Shown here: one piece after another, positions 62,082 to 64,000 of the stretch
How positions within the stretch are numbered: the first letter of the stretch is position 1
Layout: every line of letters begins with the position of its first letter
Origin: Ramazzottius varieornatus
Taxonomy: Eukaryota; Animalia; Tardigrada
Length of the DNA stretch: 64,000 nucleotides
NCBI GenBank assembly: GCA_001949185.1
Contig: BDGG01000011.1
Span: forward strand, 1,740,902-1,804,901
Reading direction: 5' to 3'
Program-made: the position numbers and the translations under genes
Notes under the pieces: model-generated
Database searches by the model: none
What the model was told of the DNA's origin: nothing
Seen by the model: the letters and a program-made list of their open reading frames with translations, nothing else

Positions 62082-63335
62082 CTTCCTCCCTTCAAAGAAT
62101 TAGAAATCCACCTTGAGAGGATCAACTGCGTGGCTGCAGCAGTATCAGAGAATATTGCTGGCTGGGGTATTGATATAATTCGACCTTGACGGAAGGGTAA
62201 TGAGAACAGTGCAAATGCGATACAGGCACTGTAGAATGTGCTGACGGACAAGCAAAGTGCAACTGTACCACAGAATGGAATAATATGAAGGCTATCTACG
62301 GTCCTAACACATTTCCACGATCATTAAAGACTTGGAAGATAAAAAGGTAGAGATAGATATGAGTGCTATGGCTGCAGCACTTCAAGACGATGGCTAGCGT
62401 AGAAACGATGGCCAGCACATCCGCGAAAGGCGTCGATCGAGACTCTCAAAGGCTGGCTGGTGTTGTTCAAACTGATAACAGTAACGTCTATCGTCAAACT
62501 ATGCAGCATGTGAAACAGGTGGTGATGTGATGCCTTGGCTGTACTTCCGCTGGCTGGGCTGATCTGCCTTTACCAGTACGTTTCACACAGTATAACATTA
62601 CCCCAGCAGCGCACGTCGACGAGGAAGCTCGACGTACGTACCGATCGCGCTATCCGGTTACTTCATACATTGCAGCAACCCACCTGAACATTTCTCGTTT
62701 ACTATAATTAATCGTTTACTATCGACCATCCGTATCCTGCTATAAAAGTAAAGGGAAAAACTGTTTTACCTGTTGTCGTAAGCGCATTATCTCATCTTCC
62801 GGGTAAAACAAATTATTTTCCATAATGGAATTTGCCAGTTCAATATTTGACCGACCGAGCAGAGTTTCATAATGACCGACGACAGCGCAGATTTCTAGGG
62901 TGCGTTGGGTGGAAACTGAAAAGGACAAAAGGTACATCGGCGCTGTAAACGCTGCAGATACACAGGGCTGAGCAGCTAACTTACCTTTTGATCGTTTTAT
63001 AATGACGGATATTGTCCATGCAGTTAGGGCTGAAAAAATGTGTAGTGTTCGCCATAACATACGCTCGGGAAACACCCCCTTCTTTTTCGGTACGGCAGCG
63101 GCTATGTTTAAAACACGTGTGTAGTGGATTGTACGTTTTGAAAAATTTAGATCTAGCATCACCACAAGCAACACGCAGCCCAATGACTGGTAAACGAGAT
63201 GCTGTCAAGGAGAAAGACCGTAGTGCTAAAACGTGGAGGAGCTTCTGGCTGAGGGTACAACTGAGGCTGGCAGAAAGACATCGCCGGCTAAAGCAAGTGC
63301 CTTTCAAAAGCTAGTGTGTCCGTCCCGGATGAAAG

Positions 63336-63937
63336 TCAACCCCCCAGAGCCTTCTTTTTGGCAGTGACTGGAGTGGAGGGTGTAGTGACGACTTTGGTGG
63401 CGAGTTTGGTGGTGAGTTTGGTGGCGACTTTGGTGACTGGAGTTGAGGGTGTACTGACGACTTTGGTGGCGACTTTGGTGGCGACTTTGGTGACGGGAGT
63501 CGTACTCGTACGGATCAGATCCTTGTTACAAGTCTCCTTGAAATTGGGCTGACCAGCCCATGAAGCGTTGGATGGGTACTTGCTCATGTCGTACACGGCG
63601 TCTGGCTTGGTGTTTGGAAGATTGAGCTGGAAGTCCTCTTTCTCGTACTTGACAGTGGGGTCGTAGCGCTTGACCGTTCGGTTGCCGAACCAGCCGTCGT
63701 ACTCCTCCACGTACAGCACATCAGCTATCATCCCCAGCCCGCTACGCATCTTGGCAAACCACGACGGTGACGTTCCACAAATGCTAAGATCAGACATTCC
63801 TCTGTGCCATCAGAATAATCACAGACTTCAAGAAATAATCTTACTCTCCTTGAGAAGCGATTCCCACAAGCTGCCATCGGAACTGGTCGGATTTGGGCAG
63901 CCGACAAGCTAGCGGTCCTCCACTGTCACCCTGACAC
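63336..63937 (-). CDS. 3' exons of a trypsin-family (S1A) serine protease with a Thr/Lys/Val-rich tail; 5' part lies beyond the window
   Basis: An exon from 63937 reads [31 protein letters not shown] and splices (gtaaga..cacag) to [18 protein letters not shown]. The tail is [14 protein letters not shown] repeats (about 63364-63500). Confidence 0.9.
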
Positions 63938-64000
63938 CTACAGCAAAAACTGAATTCTGCCAGCACTAGTTCACCAGCTACAACATACAGTAGAAACCGA

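Noticed and set aside
1-64000. Genome-wide reassignment of TAA to a sense codon
   Set aside because: The 524-aa ORF, the GPCR and the kinase and plastin exons I translated contain no in-frame TAA, and the nuclease gene ends at TAA. Other in-frame TAAs are in dead transposons or unassigned fragments.

Overview
This is eukaryotic (animal) genomic DNA, not prokaryotic. Genes are split by short GT-AG introns (many about 55-110 nt), and there are two 50-N assembly gaps (3546-3595, 11003-11052). The compact introns and gene repertoire suggest a small-genome invertebrate; tardigrade-like is an inference only. Recognisable genes, left to right: three tandem alpha-arrestin paralogues on - (one apparently intact, two decayed); Kelch-repeat fragments; an intronless 524-aa orphan with rapunzel/cephalotoxin-like features; a transposon-disrupted orphan gene; Ser/Pro-rich and collagen-like (Gly-X-Y)43 segments upstream of an atypical MAP kinase lacking the TxY motif; an intronless class A GPCR; an intron-containing His-Me finger DNA/RNA endonuclease; a full plastin/fimbrin gene; and the 3' end of a trypsin-family protease. 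The rest is dense with DNA transposons that can be read from their TIRs and TSDs: hAT, pogo/Tigger (including a triple nest), mariner-type MITEs, and CMC and Tc1 relics. I see no proven multi-gene novel system. The best leads are the TxY-less MAPK, the in-register TAA codons in the collagen-like repeat, the spliced toxin-type nuclease, an H1-tail-like exon inside a MITE, the orphan toxin-like ORF, and a fixed-spacer hairpin repeat present in two plastin introns.
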